Source of the DNA: the human T2T-CHM13v2.0 reference genome, Homo sapiens
Length of the DNA stretch: 64,000 bases
Strand: one strand, 5' to 3'
Assembly: GCF_009914755.1 (NCBI RefSeq)
Contig: NC_060931.1
Positions 27,479 through 41,822 of this stretch are shown here, in pieces. The notes beneath the pieces were generated by a model. It had not been told where the DNA came from, searched no databases, and saw nothing but the letters and a program-made list of their open reading frames with translations. Within the stretch, counting starts at the first letter, position 1, and every line of letters starts with the position of its first letter. The translations under genes and the position numbers were made by a program.

Positions 27479-29536
27479 CTGAATCATTTGGGGGTAAAGG
27501 GATAGAAGCAAAAGAATATATTTCTTAAAATGTTTAGGCAGGTAATAAAATTAGAGAAACCAACTAAAAACATCCTGCCTCCAATCTGTATTTATGCCAG
27601 GCATGTATAAGATACTCTAAATCTCTACAGAAATATTCAGCAATCAAGTATCACCCAGATTAATCACAAACCAAGAGAGACATACAGATTCAGTTGTACT
27701 CTCAATCTCAACTCACCTTAATCATTTTGGCACAATCATGGCCTAACAGATAAGGGAACTTAAAATGTAAATGTTATTATTCCCATGCATCTATTATTCT
27801 CCTAAGAAACCTACTAAGTTATAGAAAGTATACAAAAAAAAAGTTTTACCTGGGCCCTGATCAGCAAAGGAGCAGCCAGAGAGAGGTCTGCTGCCCACGT
27901 TTGGATTCGGGGTTCTTGCTCACTCACCCACTCTCCAAATACTATCTATAAGTGAGATCTACAAAGAGGGAGACCTGGCTCTTTGTTCCTTAAACAAGTA
28001 GGCATTTCAGATGGTAGATTCTTTTTTTAAGGCAAGGAAAACTTTGCTTATTTTGACTGATTATTCTCATATGTACTTTTCAATATTATTTGATTTTTCT
28101 TTTCCTTCCTGCTATACATCTTTTGGGCAATTTATTTTTAGTGATATGAGCAAGAAGAAGAAATAAACTTTAACACTGACTTCACTACTCCTTAGTAGCT
28201 TTTAACAGAGGCTTAATGCATGTTCATTCATTCTAATGATTGGAGAAAGAACCTTCAATTTAGCACAGAAAATATAATCTAGACTTGTCCTAAAAGGGAG
28301 AGGAAAAGCTTCATTCATCTAAATTTTTATTAACTATAAAATAAAACCAAGAGCGCTATTACTGTTTTTAATATTGAAAGAAATCTTGATTCATAATTTT
28401 CAAGTTAGGCTTTATTTTTCAAAACTTCCCAGGCAAGTATGTGGAAGAACTTATTTTACAGTACAGTAAGAACAAAGAAACTGTAATTGTCTGTAGTATG
28501 TATCAAATCTGGCCATTAGACAGCTGCAGGTAATGGCCTGCTTTTGGATTTAATGTGTTCAATGAAATACAGTATTTATATATTTTTTAAAAGCCCAAGT
28601 GAAGAGATACCTATTTCATTCAAATTGTGAATATTTTGCTATTGTCAAATCAAATAGCTTTCTATTTTACAGTTTATACTATTCATAAGCAATTATTAAA
28701 AGCCAAAAAAGTCAGCATTATGCTAGCCAAACAATCTTGGAAGAGTGAGTGCCCACATGTTATGAAAACCTGAGATGCTCACACATATGGTTAAATTACA
28801 CCATTTTACAATATCTTCACTTTGGATTATATACAAAAACCCAATTTATAAAAAATGCTTTCAATTAGCCAATCTATGTCATTCAAACATTCTTATAACA
28901 TTAAAGTGACTGCTGTTTTGTTAGTTTCTAGTTTACTTTATCAAGATGGTAAACCATTAATGTTTTATAATTATTTCGCTCAATTTCTAGACATTTTTAT
29001 TTAAACCATATAACCACCATTCCTCCTAATCCTGTTGATCTCACCTAGAGAAATTAAGTAGACGATTTAAGTCAAAGCTTACAAGCAAATCCAGCACTAT
29101 CCATCATAGATCAATAGTTTTGCTTTGTATTTAGATTACAGACTGCTAAATAGCTTCGGAGTCATTTATTTAAAAAAAATTAATGCTGACAATGGTTCTC
29201 AGCTGGTTAGTCTTTTGACAGGTGTACTTTCTCACTTATTCAAACACATATTTTAAAAAGCAGAAATAAGTTGCTTAAGCAAGAGAAGACCACAAAAGAA
29301 AGAATAATTTATCTTTTAATTCAGAGGTCTGTGGTAGTTCGACTCTTTCCTCATATTGATGTGGTATCATAATTATTTCCGACTTCATCATAACCTACAT
29401 CCCAAAGTAAGCATCTAACTAAAATGGGTAATTCTAAAGTTTTGACATTCCTTGGAACCAAATCTTATCTTCTCATACATATTCCTTTAATCATATAACA
29501 CTATCAAGCCTAGTCCCACAGCCAAAGACCTAAATT

Positions 29537-29831
29537 AGCTAGGCATAGTGGCTCACATCTGTAATCCCAGCACTTTGGGAGGTTGAGGCTGGTGGACTGC
29601 TTGAGCCCAGAAGTTTGAGACCAGCCTGGGCAACACGGCGAAACCGTCTTTACAAAAAATACAAAAATTAGCTGGGCATGGTGGCATGTGCCTGTAGTCC
29701 CAGCTACTCAGGAGGCTGAGATGGAGGATTGCTTGAACCCAGAAGGTGGAGGCTGCAGTGAGCTGAGATCGCACCACTGCACTCCAGCCTGGACAACAGA
29801 GCAAGACCCTGTCTCAAAAACAAAACAAAAA
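29537..29831 (+). mobile_element. AluJ (Jb-like)
   Basis: ggctcacatctgtaatcccagcactttgggagg...gcaagaccctgtctcaaaaa. Confidence 0.95.
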
Positions 29832-30109
29832 GACTGAAATTATCCTGAAATAAATGTAACCATTTTGAACTTAGGAAAGAATACCTAGAAAGCTGCGACT
29901 CTAAAACTGTGTAAGACAGCTTATGGATTTCAGGAGACATTGTATAGATGTTTATGTCTATCAAAAATGAAGAAATTTATTACAATGACACGCCATTTTG
30001 ATTCTAGTCCATTTTCTAAAATAGAAAAACACACAATGCATACTCGGGTAGTTGCTAGAATACTGAAAGAAATACTTATTTTACATATATTTTATTAATT
30101 ATATATACA

Positions 30110-30470
30110 AAACCAAAATCCACCCTGTGCTTGATTCTATTACAGCATTTATCATACTTTATTAAAATCTTGGATTTTCTTGTCTGATTCCTCCATTATA
30201 AACTTCCTAAAAAGTCAGCACTGAGGTCATGGCTTGCCAGCATCCCCATTATCTATTATAGTGCATGATATACTCAACAAATGGTTGGCTGATAAATAGC
30301 ATGGTAGAAAGGGTAAAAGATCTGGAAATGTTATATTTTGTTTTGGGGATGTGCCACTTGCTGGCAAATTGTGTGACAAATTATTTAACTTCTGAGTCTC
30401 AGTGTATAAAACAGGAAAAGTATTAATAACTTCTTCATAGATTGGCTGTGAATATGTGAATGTATGCTGT
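30110..30470. mobile_element. L2 3' end plus MIR fragment
   Basis: L2 tail actcaacaaatggttggctgat, then MIR-like acaaattatttaacttctgagtctcagt. Confidence 0.55.
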
Positions 30471-30489
30471 AAAATAAAAATGCTATTTA

Positions 30490-30795
30490 TTTATTTATTT
30501 TTTGAGACAGGGTCTTACTCTGTCACCCTGGCTGGAGTGTGATGATCATAGCTCACTGCAGCCTCAACTTCCCAGGCTCAAGCAATCCTCCCACCTCAGC
30601 CTTTCGAGTAGCTCGGACTACAGGCATGTGCCACTGTGCCTGGCTATTTGTTTTTGTTGTTGTTGTTGTTGTTTTTGGTAGAGATGGGGTTTCACTTTAT
30701 TGCCCAGGTTGGTCTCAAACTCCTGGGCTCAAGCAATTCTCCTGCCTTGGTCTCCCAAAGTGCTGGGATTACAGGTATGAGCACCGTGACCAGCT
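30490..30795 (-). mobile_element. AluJ
   Basis: 14-bp target duplication aaaaatgctattta on both flanks; (GTT)n in the linker. Confidence 0.95.
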
Positions 30796-31089
30796 AAAAA
30801 TGCTATTTAAATGTAAGGGCTTACTACTTTTTAACTTGAATTTGTGAAGTGGGCATTTTCCTATTTAGTTACTTAAGCCATTGTCTTCTCTGGGATAATT
30901 TTAGCCCCTCTTTTTAAGTATTAGCGGGTTTGGGCCGCACCTATAAATAACAGAAGTAGGCTGGCACAGGTCAAGAAGAACTTTAGTGGTCTACAGCCAC
31001 TATGTTAAGATGACATCACTGTGAAGACTTCTTGCAAAATCTTTCTCTGGCAGCATAGTGAATGGGAAAGACAAGAAATCTGCATTTGT

Positions 31090-31900
31090 TTTATCTATTC
31101 AACACAATTAACTGGGCACCTGCTAAGAATCAGGCCCTGTGGTAAGCCCTTGGGTGAAGGATGAATCACAAATGTCCCTGCTCCTAAGAAGGTACACACT
31201 GGTGATTCAGCCACTTCTCTCACTGTCCATCCCTACTACCACGGTCTGAGCTACAGGTAACTCCTGCCTGGATTACTGCAATAGTCTCCTACTTTATTTC
31301 TCTTCTCCTCTTGTCTCTGTAGTCTGTTCTCCATATAGCAGCTAGAGGAATCCTCTTAAAATATAAATCTAGTTCACCCAGCTCATGTTTGTTCCCTATT
31401 CCCAACCCTCCAAAGACTTCCTAGCCCTCTCAGTATAAAATCCCAAGTCCTACAAAGCCCTACATGATGTGGCTCTGGGCTACCTCTCCTATTTCATTTC
31501 ATATCATTCTTCCCATCACTTGCTGCTTTCCAGCCACCTTGCACTCCTTGCTGTTCTTGAAACAGGTGAAGTATGTTCCCATCTCAAAGCCTTGAACTTG
31601 CTATTCCTTTTGCCTGAAATGTTCTTCCCCCAGATACTCATGACTGGTATAGTTTAGTTCATTCAGGCCTCTGTTCAAAATTCACCTCTTCAGAGAGGCC
31701 TTCCCTGACCACTCAACCTAACAATCTAAAATAGCATCTCATCACTCTCTCCTTTTCCTGCTTCAATTTTATTCATAGCATTTATCACCTCTTTAACAGT
31801 TTCATTTGTTTCTGGTCTGTATCCCCTAGAATAACACTACCTCCATGAGGGCAGTGATTGTTGGCTCATTCACTCACATCCACTAGCTCTAGTACATAAG
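31090..31900. mobile_element. L2 fragments
   Basis: cctggattactgcaatagtctcct...cagagaggccttccctgaccac...ctccatgagggcag. Confidence 0.75.
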
Positions 31901-33554
31901 AGATTCTCAGGAGGCAAGAGAGAAGGAAAGTCTCAAGGAAACAGACAACGACTGTAATACCATGTGATAACTGCTCTCACAAGATATGCACAAGATGCCA
32001 AGGATTACAGACAAAGCATTTCTATCATTCCAGCAAGTCATTAAATGCTGCTCACCCTGTTTCTTCATCTAGGATGTGAAGTGGTTAGAGAAAATCATCA
32101 CTGAATTCCTTTTAAGCTTTTGAAATTCTATGATAATTTTGGGTTTTCAAGTTCATAATCATCCACTTTCCCACATTTATTATATTAATACACAAAACTA
32201 TGGCATGTTTTACTTTGCACAAAAAAATTGTTCCAAATGAGAAAAAAGAAAATTTTCTCATGTAACTACATTAACTCTAAAAAGCCTAAATATTTGTGGC
32301 TGCCTTTAGTGCTTTTTCTAACACTTTCCTGTGATGATGTCTCTAGTGTTTCTCTCCCATAATACTACAATCAGAAACATTGAACTCATTTGTACAAATA
32401 AATGAAAAAGCAAATGCCCAAACTATGCAAAATGGGTAGCTGACTACCCTGATTTTAAAGTGATAGACATCTGTCACTTCTCGTGGTAGTCTGTTTTGAT
32501 TTTAATAAGCCTTATAGTGGAGAAGCACTTTTAAATCTAAGCACAAATCCTCTAAGTCAGCCTCTCTCTCTCTTAAAAAAAAAAAAAAAGTATCATAGAG
32601 GACTCCATTTGCTAAACTGCCTTCTTTCTTCCCTTCCACACCTACTTATAGTTGACATCAAAAATGTGATCACTGGAGATCCATTCTTCAGTGGTCCTCA
32701 ACCCTGAGAATGAGGAAGAAACAATCCTTGTTCTCAAGGAGTTTGAAATCTTGTGCTTGTGATGGTTGGGGGGAGGGAGAAGTTGGAGAATGGAGGTGGG
32801 GGAAGGGATAAGGAAAATACATATAGCTAATAAAAAAGTCAGATTCATGCTATTAGAGGGCATACAGTTGTACAAAGGTCCAAAGAGGAAAAATATCATC
32901 AGCAAATATTTATTCAGTGCCTTTAACAACTTGCTAGATCTCTGTGCTATGTGTAAAGATTCAACGAGTAAACATATTTGCTGAATCAAAAATAAGGACT
33001 TGTTTTCTGTTATATTCAGAAACTACTTGAAATATGACCATCACAGACAGTCCAAAACTAAGGTCATGGTAGATATAAAACCTAGTCTTTGCACTCAAAA
33101 AATCCAAAATATAATTAGGGAAAAGAGATGTATAACCAGAAGAAAATGCCAAAAGGTAGCATCACATACCAAGTGTCAGATGAATGAGGGCAATCGCCAC
33201 CAAATCCTGATTCCCCCTTTCCTTTCATTTTTCAACCCTCGTCATTGAAAGAATAATGAATTCTCAGAGAAGGGGTGAAAAAACAAGATATTGTTCTTGA
33301 AGAGTAATATTCTTGCTGTCAACTGTAGGTAGGCATATAAAAACTGATGAGAATACAGGTATTCTGAATCCATTTGTGAATCTAGTTCAGAGCAGTTTAA
33401 CATGAACTGAGCAAGTAATCTGGTATGCTTTTTATTAGACGCTGAGTTCTGCCTGTTATCTAAATGCACATAATACTCCACCACTCTTCACAATCAATGT
33501 GGGTTTGCTTATCAGAGCAAAAAAAATAGAGAGCTTTTAGAAAATCAGAAATAA

Positions 33555-33785
33555 GGAGAAATAAGTTCAAGAGACCTACTGTACAACATGGTGATTATAG
33601 TTAATAACAATGTATTGTATTCTTGAAAATTGCTGAGAGTAGATTTTAAGTGCTTTTATCACAAAAATAGTATGTGAGGTAATGCATATGTTAATTAGTT
33701 CGGTTTAGCCATTCCACAATATTTACATCTTTCAAAATATGTTGTACATGCTAAATATATACAATTTTTGTCAATTAAAAAATGA
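33555..33785 (+). mobile_element. L1MA 3' end
   Basis: ctactgtacaacatggtgattatagttaataacaatgtattgtattcttgaaaattgctgagagtagattttaagtg. Confidence 0.85.
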
Positions 33786-34245
33786 AATCGAATTTTCAAA
33801 GGAAAACAAAATCAGTATTAAGAATAAAAAAAGAAACCATAGTATCTCACAACAAATCTCAAATATAGATCTGAGTATCCTACAAGTCTTGGGAAACTCT
33901 ATTTGAGAGCAAGCATATATTTTCCTTGAACTCAGTTAACATATTTTTTAAAAATTCTCATTTGGAACTTCATGCAGGAACAGTAAATGAAGTAATGAAC
34001 AATGTTTTCACATTTTTGCATCAAAAATAGTGACCTTTTTTCCCAAGATAAACTGAATTGAAGCTTGGTTCTTGCTTTATACCCTTTTCAGGCTAATCTT
34101 AGCCTTATACCTATAAAAGAAGTAAAACTTACATCACCTCATTCTAACATTTATGCTAATCTGTCTCCTAATCTTTGGGCAGTTTTATTTGATATAAGAA
34201 TGAAAACAGGCTCAAGGCTTAAGTTATACATTAACATGAAAATAA

Positions 34246-34587
<342 letters not shown>

Positions 34588-34779
34588 AGCATTTCTTATA
34601 TAATCTCAAAGTTCCTCCCATTTTTTCTCCATTAAGTTATTCTTTCTGAAGTACCTGTATATTTATGCTTCAGCAAAAAGGAGAACTACATAACTCACTG
34701 TACCCTCTCTTCTGTCTTCAGTTGTAGGAAGCAATGAATTTTCTCTTCTCTCCTTAAATGAGCTCTGATTTTTAAATCT

Positions 34780-35190
34780 TTATTTTCCTTGTCAGTGAAT
34801 CCTAATTACTTCTCTGGTCTCCTCATCTAACCCTTGCAACAAAAACTACCACTCAATGCACACTGAAAACTATTTGCAATGGCCAGAATGTGCAATGATT
34901 TTTCATGCACCCATGCCTATCTTGGGCTGTTCCCTCACATGAAATACCCTTCTCTGCCTTCTTTGCCTGGCTAACTCCTGCTTATTTTTCAAGACTCAAC
35001 TCATGACAACTCAGAAGTATTTCATGACCCCCCTTTCTCTATTCTTAAAACATTCCTGGTGATATCTCTAATAAAGCACTTACACTACTCTAATCAATGA
35101 TTTTTCTGGTGTGTCTTATTAAGATCCTTATTGTCATGAGCTGTTTGAATCTTTGCACCCAGCACATGGCATGTGTCTGATAAATGTTAA
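34780..35190 (+). mobile_element. L2 fragment
   Basis: gcctggctaactcctgcttatttttcaagactcaactc...cccagcacatggc. Confidence 0.55.
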
Positions 35191-35314
35191 TTTTCTTCTT
35201 AGTAGGCAGGCAGATATCAATGGCTAATAAAATGACCAAGAATACTCATTAAGACTCATTAAGACTTAATATTTTCTAGTTTATCAAAAAGCTCTTTTTA
35301 GTATCAATGTGTTT

Positions 35315-35505
35315 ATTGTAATCTTGAAAATTACTGAGAGTAGATTTTTAAGTAACTTCACCACACCACACCAAACACACACATACACATACACACAGAT
35401 GGTTAGTATGTGAGGTAATTAACTAGCTCAGTTTGGCCAATCTACAATGTATACATATTTTATAACATGTACACAATATATACAATTTTTTTTTGTCAAT
35501 TACTT
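35315..35505 (+). mobile_element. L1MA 3' end with internal (CA)n
   Basis: cttgaaaattactgagagtagatttttaagt...agtatgtgaggtaat. Confidence 0.8.
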
Positions 35506-38179
35506 TTTTAAAAGCTCAACTTTGGGGCAGCATGATTCTTTACATGTGGTAATGGCATTTTCACTTACTGCTACATAAACATGCATAAGCTAAGTGTACA
35601 TGTATGAGGACATTATTATGAAGAGTTAAAAGTGAAAAACGTGATTGAGTTAAAAGACTTGGAAAGAAATCACAGTGCAGGGTCACACCTCTTGGACAAG
35701 TTATAACACCTCTCAATCTTGGTTTCTTCATCTGAAAACAGTGATAAAAACACTGGCCATACTAACTTTGACACTCAAATGAAACAATACATTGGAAAGG
35801 TATATAGCTATTACACAAATGTTATAAAAAATTTAAACATAACAAGTAAATTCATTCAGCTTAAACATGTCGAAGTCTTTGATCTAACAGTAGGAAAGAG
35901 CTGAAATTTGGAATTTAGCCTTACTGAAAAGCTGACCCAAAGAATTATGATAGATAAACCATGATGCAGGTGCTGATAACTTAGACGAACTACTCCCAAG
36001 TTACAAATAAGGAGATCATTTTCAATTCTATGACTATTAGAAAGAAGGCTTCAAATCCAAAGAGGGAAGAGATGGAAAACTAAAAAGTACAATTCAAATT
36101 ATATTTGTCTTTAATACTGTAAAAACATTGCCACCAAAGCACTTCCATTGATATATAGCCAAACATAGTAAATCACTTAATTTACTCAAAAGAACTTAAA
36201 TGTTTTAACCAGTGTGCCATCAAAAGAGATCAAGAAGAGGACCAATGGGACTTGGGCTGCAATGTGAGCCATCTTTAAAATGCAATTGTTCTAATCATTT
36301 TCTACAGATGCAGCCTCACAAGGGGCTGCTGTCACAGGGACCATTTACGACTTGCTATGGTGTCTCTATTGTTTACCAGCGACATTCGCAGAAAAAGGCG
36401 ACAGCTGGGACAGAAAGCTGCTACTCAACGAACAATATAATCCCGTGAAAGTAATCAACAAATTTAAGGGTGTTAATTAACTTTACACTTTATCATGTTC
36501 AATTAGTTGTCCTTTCTAGAAAAGATTGCCGTGCACAATCAGTTTAGAGCGTGCCATGTTTGATTTGTAAGTGATCACTGTTTCTGTTTCAGAGTCCATG
36601 TCAGATGTTCTCTTGGGTTTTGGTGACACAGATGAATGGCTTTGCACATGTTAGGGGTGATCTGGTTTAACATAAGCCAGCATAACATAACCCCTTGTTA
36701 ACACTATTTCTGGCATTATCCAAGCTGGAAACAGAAAAGCAAAAACACTCACAGCACTCTTCTGGAGTCAGATAAACAAAGTTTAGTTAGCTTTTCCTGA
36801 AATAAACACAGACACAAATACATGAAGAAATAAGCAATTTTTCATCATTATTTTTCAGAGTAAGGCTTGTCTTTCAGGGGCATGTTTGGGATCATTTCCT
36901 CCCAGCAAGATCTCAAAGCTCTGCTGCATTATGCACAAAGCACCACTGTATCCTCAGACTTTACATAACGCAGACAGTCTTTTCTATGGCAGTTGAATAA
37001 ACGCTAGGGATGTGTTGTTAAGTGCTGGCTTGTGTTAAATTCTAGAATATGACTTTTAAATCCAGAAACTGTATTTCACAAGTATGAAAAATCTGCAGGA
37101 AGAATACTAATCTATGAATGCAATTTGCCTTCTCTCTTACCTTAATGCACCTGTTCCTACTTGCTAATAGGACAAGGAAAAGCTCATGATGGAGTGACAA
37201 TATATTCAGTATTGCATTTTAATGAAAGTCACTGCAGCAGTTCCTCTGAATTGATAAATAGAGCTCTGCATCAAAATATTTCATAAGCCATTGACAAAGT
37301 GAACAAAATTCAAAACTGAGATTTGGTAGGTGTTTAAGAAAACAAAAGCAAGGGACATGCATCTATCTCTTTTTTTAGAAGAGATACCTATATACGATTG
37401 TGAAACATCTTAATAAAGCTATACCTTGCTCTTACAGACTAGCCATTTCCTGCACAACACACAAATTAAATGCATATAAATAAACTATAGCTGATTAGCT
37501 AAAGCCTACACAAGGACAAAGCTGAGATTCTTCAAAATAGAAAAGTTGTTAACTCTGAAAGCTAATAATGTCCTAAGTTAAATATTAAAGAAGGAAATTA
37601 TAGGCTATATCTGAAACAGCTGAAACCACAATACACAGCAGCAGAAAACATTAGTTTTCTGCAGAAGATCTGCAGGGAGAAGAGAAGCGGTCGATAGATC
37701 CTTAAATTGGAAGCAATAGCCGTTCTTCTATCCCAAGTTGGCAGCTGCTACATTTGCAGACCTGGTTCATTATTTACCCATAATGACCATCAAGCTGCAG
37801 TCAAAGTCAGATCACAACAACTGTCAGCAGCTCTTTTAATTAGCCTTGCCTGAATTCAGATAAATATCACAATAGACCTGCTTATGCTGAAAGAGCAACA
37901 GAATGTTCCGCATGGAGCTGGCTGGCTTGAGGAGGACTGATGCAGTACAGAAGCCGTAAGACAGAAATGCAGAGTGGGGTTTTTAAAGGGAGGGCAAATC
38001 AGAGATGAAATGGTTTTCTTTTATTCTAAAAATCACTTTAAAAAGCAATTCCTTGGCATTCACCTCAGATCAAGATGGTGCACAATGTCGGTTTACAATA
38101 AAACACTAAACTCCTGAAAGCTAAATAGCTGGAGCACAAAGACAGTTAACTTAATGCCCCTGGAGAATATGATTTTTAA

Positions 38180-38664
<485 letters not shown>

Positions 38665-41230
38665 AAAAGTCATTTTTAAAAGCCAAATAAGAGGAAAAAA
38701 AAGCCAAATAGCTTGTAATCATTATGTCCTTCTATTTTACTTTCTTTAGGCAACACGTGGTTTGTAACATTTCTGTGATTGGAGTTGGCTATTTTCCTGT
38801 AAGTTTCACATGCATCCTTTCATTCAGCATTAACAATCACAAAGTAAAACAAGGCCAATAACCAAATTCTCAGTAATCCAATTACCACCAATACCACACC
38901 CTTCTGGGTATCCTCCCATCCCTATTCCCTGTCTAGTTTGCTTGAGAAGAAAAACAGGCATAATAATCATGTGCCCTCTATTTTAAAGAGAACTGATTAT
39001 TCACATGAGTTCTGTTATAACTTTGAGGGTAGGTATACAGAAGTAATGGCTGTCAGAGGAGAGAGGGAAGAGAGTAAGAAGAAATAAGCAAAAGGCAAGA
39101 TGATAACCCGGCAGCAAACAGTAGAAAACTGGGGACAGCAGAAAACTAAAGATTAAGAGAAGGCTGTGCTAATAAGCTACACTTGGCTAACCAGGAATTA
39201 TCTCTTTCATGTGAAAATCCCTTGAAAATGTGGACTCTCATATTTTGGGGTTGGGGTACAGTTGAAGAGGGTGCCAACTCCTACAATGAGTTGAGTATGG
39301 TCCACTCTGCCATTCTTGGTAGCCCCTCAGCCAATGCATAGCCTTTTGCAACCATTTCTGATGGTGCATTAACATAACATTAAGGAAAGGTAACTAACCA
39401 GATTTGCGTGAGGACAAAGGACACAGTACTGCTTGTATAGAGTTTGAATGCCATGTGACTGTTTCCTTATTGAGCAGAAAAACACTCCTCTGGGAAGTAG
39501 TTTAAAAATTATTTTATTTTTGGTCTACTTCAAGGACTAAAACCTTGGAATAAAATTTTTACAGAATTCTGTATATGTGATAAAGGCAACCACTGCTTAA
39601 TGGTGGTAATTTAAGTGGGGAGAACTGTTCTTCCGGTTTCATGAGAACCAATCACAGCAAAAGGAACATTTCTTGCTCTACTTTTTTTTTTTTTTTTTTT
39701 TAAATAAAGACTAAGCCAAATACATAAACCTATTATGGATAATGGCCTTCTCCCTCCTCAGCCCTTAATACAACCCACCTCCTGACTACATACAACTTGT
39801 TTCAGTAGAACACTGAGTACAAAGACAAGACTCAACTTGTCAGTTCCAAGTCTAGAGTCAAAATTTCAACTATCTATCAGCTAATTCTTACTACTGGCCC
39901 TCAGAAGCACAATGAATTCAACATGTCCAAACACCTTTTGTCCCCCTACCCTCTCCTCAAATAGACCCCAAATTGGTCTCCTGCATGTCCATTCAGTTAT
40001 GATGTTACCATTACCCACTTATGGCAGCATTTCCAAATTTACAGTGATATAAATGTATAGATATGTATTATTTATTTGGATCACTTGAAAGACAATTCAA
40101 TACTATGTCAAGAAGTTCAGGCATATAAAAAAAGTACCCAGCCAGTCAAAATCTAGAGACATGATTCATGCAGTATTTGCCAAAGTAGAACAGAAACAAA
40201 TCCTCGTAAAAATCATGTCTATCTTCTCAAGTCAAATATATATGCATGCAAGTGTGTGTCCTGAAAGCTTAACCTGTTAGGGTCACATGATCAAGGGTAG
40301 CCAACTGCATTTCTTTCCTTGCCCTTTCTCTTCAAGGGGCATACTAAATAAACACCTTCAAGTGTATTCTGAAAACAAAATTTAAAGATAGTCGTGAATT
40401 AGAGAATACAGAAAGGATTTTAACTTAATGCAAAAAACATTCCACTTTGATAAATTACAGTATTTGAAAAAACGTCCACCATAAGTTACTAATTCTAAGA
40501 CTCAGTTTTCTCACTTGTTAATAATATCTGCTTCGACAGGACTGTGAAAGACTACATAAGCAATGCTTGATACACGATAGTCATTCTGTGTCCTCTAGAA
40601 AAGTCGAGTATCTTTTTACATAGTTCACTGGGTTTCCTCTTCAGTAAACTGCCTATCATGTTTCTTTACTTTTCTCCTGATTCTTGGTCTTTTTCTTGTT
40701 AATTATAGATTTTATGTCTACTCTGTTATATATTTTGCAAATAATTTCCCTCAGTCTGTTGTTGCCTTTTAACTTTTCTTTTTGTCACAAAGATGTGTGT
40801 GTGTTTTCAATTCTTGGATCTGTTAATTTTTTAATGGTTTTTTATTATTTGTCTTGCTTCAGAAGGTTTTCCTCATTCTAAGATTTTGAAAGAATTCTCT
40901 TAGACATTTCTTTGGCCTTCTTACACATTTTTTAAAACAATCAGTTATTTAATCCATCTGCTATTTATTTTCAGTGTATGGGGTGAAGTAGGGATCTGCT
41001 CCCCACAATGAATTGTCCTAACACAATTTATTAAAGAATTCATTTCCCCACTGATCTGATTGCCTTACTCAGATTCTAAGTACCTATACATACAAAGGTC
41101 TGTTTGGGGACTTAACTCTGTCTCCCAGTCTGTCTGTTCTTGAACAAATATGATGCTGTTTTAATCACTGTAACTTTATACTGTGTTCTGATATTTATGG
41201 AGTCCTAATTGTCTTATTAAAAAATTTTTT

Positions 41231-41536
41231 TGGGCAGGTGCCTATAATATTTGGGAGGCCAAGGCAGGAGGATAGAGGATAAAGGAGGATAGAAGAGGAT
41301 AGAGCCTGAGCCCAGGAAACCTGCCTGTGCAACATGGTGAGACCCTGTCTTGACAAAAATTTTTAAAATTAGCTGAACATGGTAACACATGCCTGTGGTC
41401 CTAGCTACTCAGGAGGCTGAGGCAGGAGGATCACTTGAGCCTAGGAGGTTGAGGCTATAGCGAGGCATGTTCACACCACTGCACTCCAGCCTGAACAACA
41501 GAGTGAGACCCTGTCTAAAAAGGAAAAAAAAAAAAA
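41231..41536 (+). mobile_element. Diverged AluJ with an internal GGATA-rich tandem expansion
   Basis: Alu monomers are recognisable; insert ggaggatagaggataaaggaggatagaagaggatag at ~41267-41303. Confidence 0.88.
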
Positions 41537-41822
41537 TTGGCATTTTTTATTTACTTATTCTCCCAGATGAGCTTAAGGTTTTTTTTTTAAGAAATAACAC
41601 GGTTTTGCATTACAATTTATATATTATCTCAAGAGAATGGACATGTTTACATGCTTTTCCAAGCAGATAAGTGGTGTCTCCATTTATTCAGATCTTATTT
41701 TGCCTTTATAGTTTTGTCATCTTCCTCATATAGGTCTTACACATTTCTTGTTAAATTTGTTAAGTACTATTCTAGACCTCAGAACCAAGAATAATATTAA
41801 ACTATATTATATAGTTACATAT

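Noticed and set aside
41267-41305. GGAGGATAGA-type short repeats resembling an array
   Set aside because: A slippage expansion inside an AluJ; no repeat-spacer architecture.
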